Shown one piece after another: positions 60,733-64,000 of a DNA stretch of 64,000 bases. The translations under genes and the position numbers were made by a program. Origin of the DNA: Thecamonas trahens ATCC 50062 (lineage: Eukaryota > Protista > Apusomonadida); NCBI RefSeq assembly GCF_000142905.1, contig NW_013657674.1, positions 29,787 through 93,786 on the forward strand, written 5' to 3'. Under the pieces are notes generated by a model. The model saw only the letters and a program-made list of their open reading frames with translations, was not told where the DNA came from and ran no database searches. Position 1 is the stretch's first letter; each line of letters begins with the position of its first letter.

Positions 60733-63208
60733 TTAAGGGTTTGAGCTCCGCTTGGACTTCCAGAACTCGTTAAAGTCGATGCGGAACGAGAGGTTGCGGA
60801 GCGCCGAGGCCGACTGGGCGTTGAGCATGTCGATGAGCTGGGTGACCAGCTCGTCGTACTTGACGTTGAAGGCGCCAAGCTGCGCACGGGCCTGCGGCGT
60901 TAGCTGGTAGTACGAGCTCGCTGACGCGTCCGACTCCTTGTCGGTCGTACCCCACTCGCCAGCAAGGACCCGCTCGTAGGCGCGAGCCTCGGCGGCGGCC
61001 CGGCGAGCGACCTCGCCCATGGCAGAGTCGTAGAAAACGTCCTGGGTGGTGCGGAACTTGGAGATGAGGGCAAAAATCTGGGTGATGAGCGAGAGCAGCT
61101 CCTCGGCCGAGCCGTCGAGCAGGACCCGCTCCAGGATGCGGTCGATGTACGCCTCGTGAGCACCGTAGATGGCGTCCAGGTCAAGGTGAGTGCGGTCAGA
61201 GGTAAGGAGCTCGACGAGCTCGGTCCATGCGCCTTCGATTTCAAACATGATGTAGTACTGGAGGTTGAAGACAAAGTGGGCCATCTCATTGCGCAGGATG
61301 TGACACTTGCGGACGACGAGGTCGAGCTCCGGCAGCTGCCGCAGAGCAGACGCCGAGTTGACGTGCCGCTGCCAGGTAGACGACAGGTGCCGCTCCACCC
61401 GCTTCAGCCGCCAAAGGAACGAGAAGAGCTGCAGGTACTTGGCCCGCACGTCGTTGGTAAAGATGGTAGTGAGCGGCCCGGTGAAGACGTAGTCGAGCGA
61501 GAACACGTCCCATCCGATGTCGCCCGGCGACGCCTCCAGCAGCATGACATCCAGCTTGTCCGCCAGCTCGGCATCGGCAATCGGCGTTGTCGACTTGAGC
61601 GCCGTTTCCAAAATACCCAGCAGGTTGTGGCGGAAGACCTGCGAGGCCGGCCGCGCCAGCTCGTCGTCGAGCAGCTCCATGAGGTACCCGACAAAGTCGC
61701 CCTGGCCCAGCAGCAGGTAGCGGCGGCAAATGTCGAGGACCGGCATGAGCTTAAACTGGCCCAAGAGCGTGGATCGGACCGCGGCGTTGACTGCGTCTGA
61801 CGCTGCCGCCACAAGTCCGGCAAGCTGGCTGCTCGCCGATGCGTACGTCACCGCCTCCCACGCGCCGACGAGGGCACCGTCAAAGGCAAAGTCGGTCACC
61901 CCGCACGCACGCCGCAGAAAAGCCACAGACTTTCCGATGCGCAGAATGTCCGAGGCCAGGTCCGGACCAACAAACGACGGCACGAGCCCATCTACGAGCT
62001 CGTACTTGCCGTGCCACGCCTCGTCGGCGCTAGCTGCTCCATTGGGCACCACAAAGAACTCGCCAAAAGGGTCAGCAAGCTCGCCGTCAAACATCCACCG
62101 CGACGTCATGGCAAAGAACGGAACACAGACCTGCTCCAGCAGCGACTCGACAAACGCCGCCACAAACGGGTCGCCGTGCTTGGCAAATGCGTGGATGGTC
62201 GACACGAGCTCGCCACCCTGCAGCCCGCGCGCCGCGTCTGCTACCATGGCCACGGCCTTCATCCGCACCAGCGGGTCCTGCACCCACACCACCAGCCGCC
62301 GCAGCGTCAGCGCCTGTCCATGCGCACCCGGCCCGGCCGCCACCTGCGCTTCGAGCACCGCCAGCAGCTTAAAGTACTCGGCGAGCTCGCCCTGCAACGC
62401 GCCGACGAGCGCCTGCCCGACAAGGCCCAGCGACGGGGCCGCCGACGCCTGAACCACAAACGCCTTGACCCGCATGTACAACCACCCGAGCTCCGCCACC
62501 CGTCGCACAAGATTCGCCTGTCCGGCCTTGACTCGTGCCCGCGGATCGACGGCAAACGCCTGCGCCCGCTTGTCGAACGCCACCACTCGCCCGTCTATGC
62601 CTTGCAGCGCGTAGATGACGTCTCGCAGCAGCTCGTTCTCGCTCACACCGCCATCGTTTCCAGACCCCGCACGCACAGCACCCTCTCCGGCGCCACGACG
62701 GACCATCTCCACCTCTTTGGCCGCCGCCGCCGAGAGGCCCACGGCGGCCGACGGAAGGGTCGACGACGCCGCGCCAGCCGACGTCGGCATCAGCAGCCTC
62801 GGTAGCGGCTTTGCCGGCAGCGGAACATCGCCAGTCTCGGCCAGCGCCGCCAAAACATGCACCACTGACCACTTGCGGGTGACGACGGCCATGCTCTCCA
62901 GCCTGCGGACCAGATCAGCAAAGGCCACGGCATGGCTCTGGCGGCCAGCCCTGGCGACTGCACGCGAGTGAGTGAGGGGAGAGGAAGCAGAGAGGGGCAG
63001 AGAGGGGCAGAGAGGGGAGACTGTCCAACATGAGCTACGTACGGCTTCGTTGGACGGCTTCCGAGGTGTGGAACAGGTCGGGAATGGGTGCTGCCGAGAG
63101 GCGCGAGGTCAGGAGGGTGTGGCAGAGTGAGACCAGCTGGCTACGACCTGCCGGTCCCGTGGCCGACGGCACGAACGTCCCCACCAGCTGCTCCAGGAGC
63201 TCGTTCAT
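60733..63208 (-). CDS. TUBGCP3: Gamma-tubulin complex component 3 (Spc98); exons 63043-63208 and 60733-62957
   Basis: ENELLRDVIYALQGIDG, ELGWLY, LTLRRL, HGDP, RRYLLLGQGDF, SPGDIGWDVFSLDY, LQYYIMFE, LSFRIDFNEF; in-frame GTACGT...CAG intron. Confidence 0.93.
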
Positions 63209-64000
63209 TGATGAGAGGTGGTGGACGTGGAGACGGTGGTGGAGGATGGAGGGTGGAGGGTGGAATGCGAGTCGCCAACGGGTGTTACCTTGCCTGGGGG
63301 TGAGGTCAGCCTCGGTCTGCCCGACGCCCTCGTCGCTACGACTGGCGACGGTGGTGATCGATCGGTCCACATTTGGCGCCAAAGGCCTTCGTGTGGCGCG
63401 AAAATGGCCAATGGCCAAGCCAAACTCCATTCCATGGCGTGTCATCCGATTCGGAACATTCGTAGGAGGGATGATGGCACAGATGTGAGTCGGTGCGAGA
63501 GGGTTGGGGTTGGGGGGGGGGGGGGGGGGGAGGGGGGACACGGGGGGACGGGCAGGCGGGGCGGGAGCACACGTCGCGTTTTGAGCATGTCTCTACGACG
63601 GTCGTGTGACGCTTGCCGCTTCTTCCACAGACGGTGCTCGGGTGAGCGTAGTGGCTGCCAGGACTGTCTTCGCCGTGGGGAGGCCTGTGTCTACTCGCCT
63701 CGCAAGCGGCGGCGAGCAAGGTCAGAAGCCAGCCCGGCGTCGTCGACGAGCACCACGCCGGGCGAGAGTTGCAACACGGGCGACAGAAGCAGCGCAAGTG
63801 GTGGTCAAGGAAGTAGTGGAGCGAGCGTCAATGTCAACGGCGATGATGAGGAGCGCAAGAAGCGCATCAAGCGCGTGTGTACCCTGAATCGCGCTCCGAG
63901 CACACGCGTCGCCGAGCTGGAACAGGTCTTGTGGCTCTTCTCTCGGTTCGTCAATCCTGCCCTCGGCGCTGCACGGCTGAGCGATGCGATGCTCGCGCGT

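Noticed and set aside
63300-64000. Possible further gene at the right edge of the window
   Set aside because: Only short ORFs without recognisable motifs, and truncated by the window.

Overview
This window is GC-rich, very gene-dense, intron-poor eukaryotic nuclear DNA from a flagellated heterotrophic protist. The style and gene content suggest an apusomonad such as Thecamonas, which is an inference. About 27 protein-coding genes are recognisable. Housekeeping genes include clathrin light chain, RidA, PIG-T, RPL10, mitochondrial EF-Tu, GPATCH4-like, acyl-CoA oxidase, phosphomannose isomerase, RPB10, DDB1, CPSF160, RABL6 and GCP3. Ciliary genes are Inturned-like and lebercilin-like. A signalling trio comprises a GPCR, an ionotropic glutamate receptor-like channel and a PKA-like kinase. 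There are two bacterial-type domains (TerD, AsmA-like). The standout is a single intronless 1,500-aa ORF at 52.4-57.0 kb that fuses CrtI, CrtB, a membrane-type CrtY and Blh, i.e. the whole GGPP-to-retinal pathway in one polypeptide. It lies next to an unusual EF-hand/ubiquitin-like/calcineurin-A fusion. Five genes carry single-base frameshifts of the same polarity in short homopolymers, probably sequencing errors. No rRNA, tRNA, CRISPR array or transposon was recognised. There are two 100-N gaps. All identifications come from reading motifs by eye; no database searches were run.
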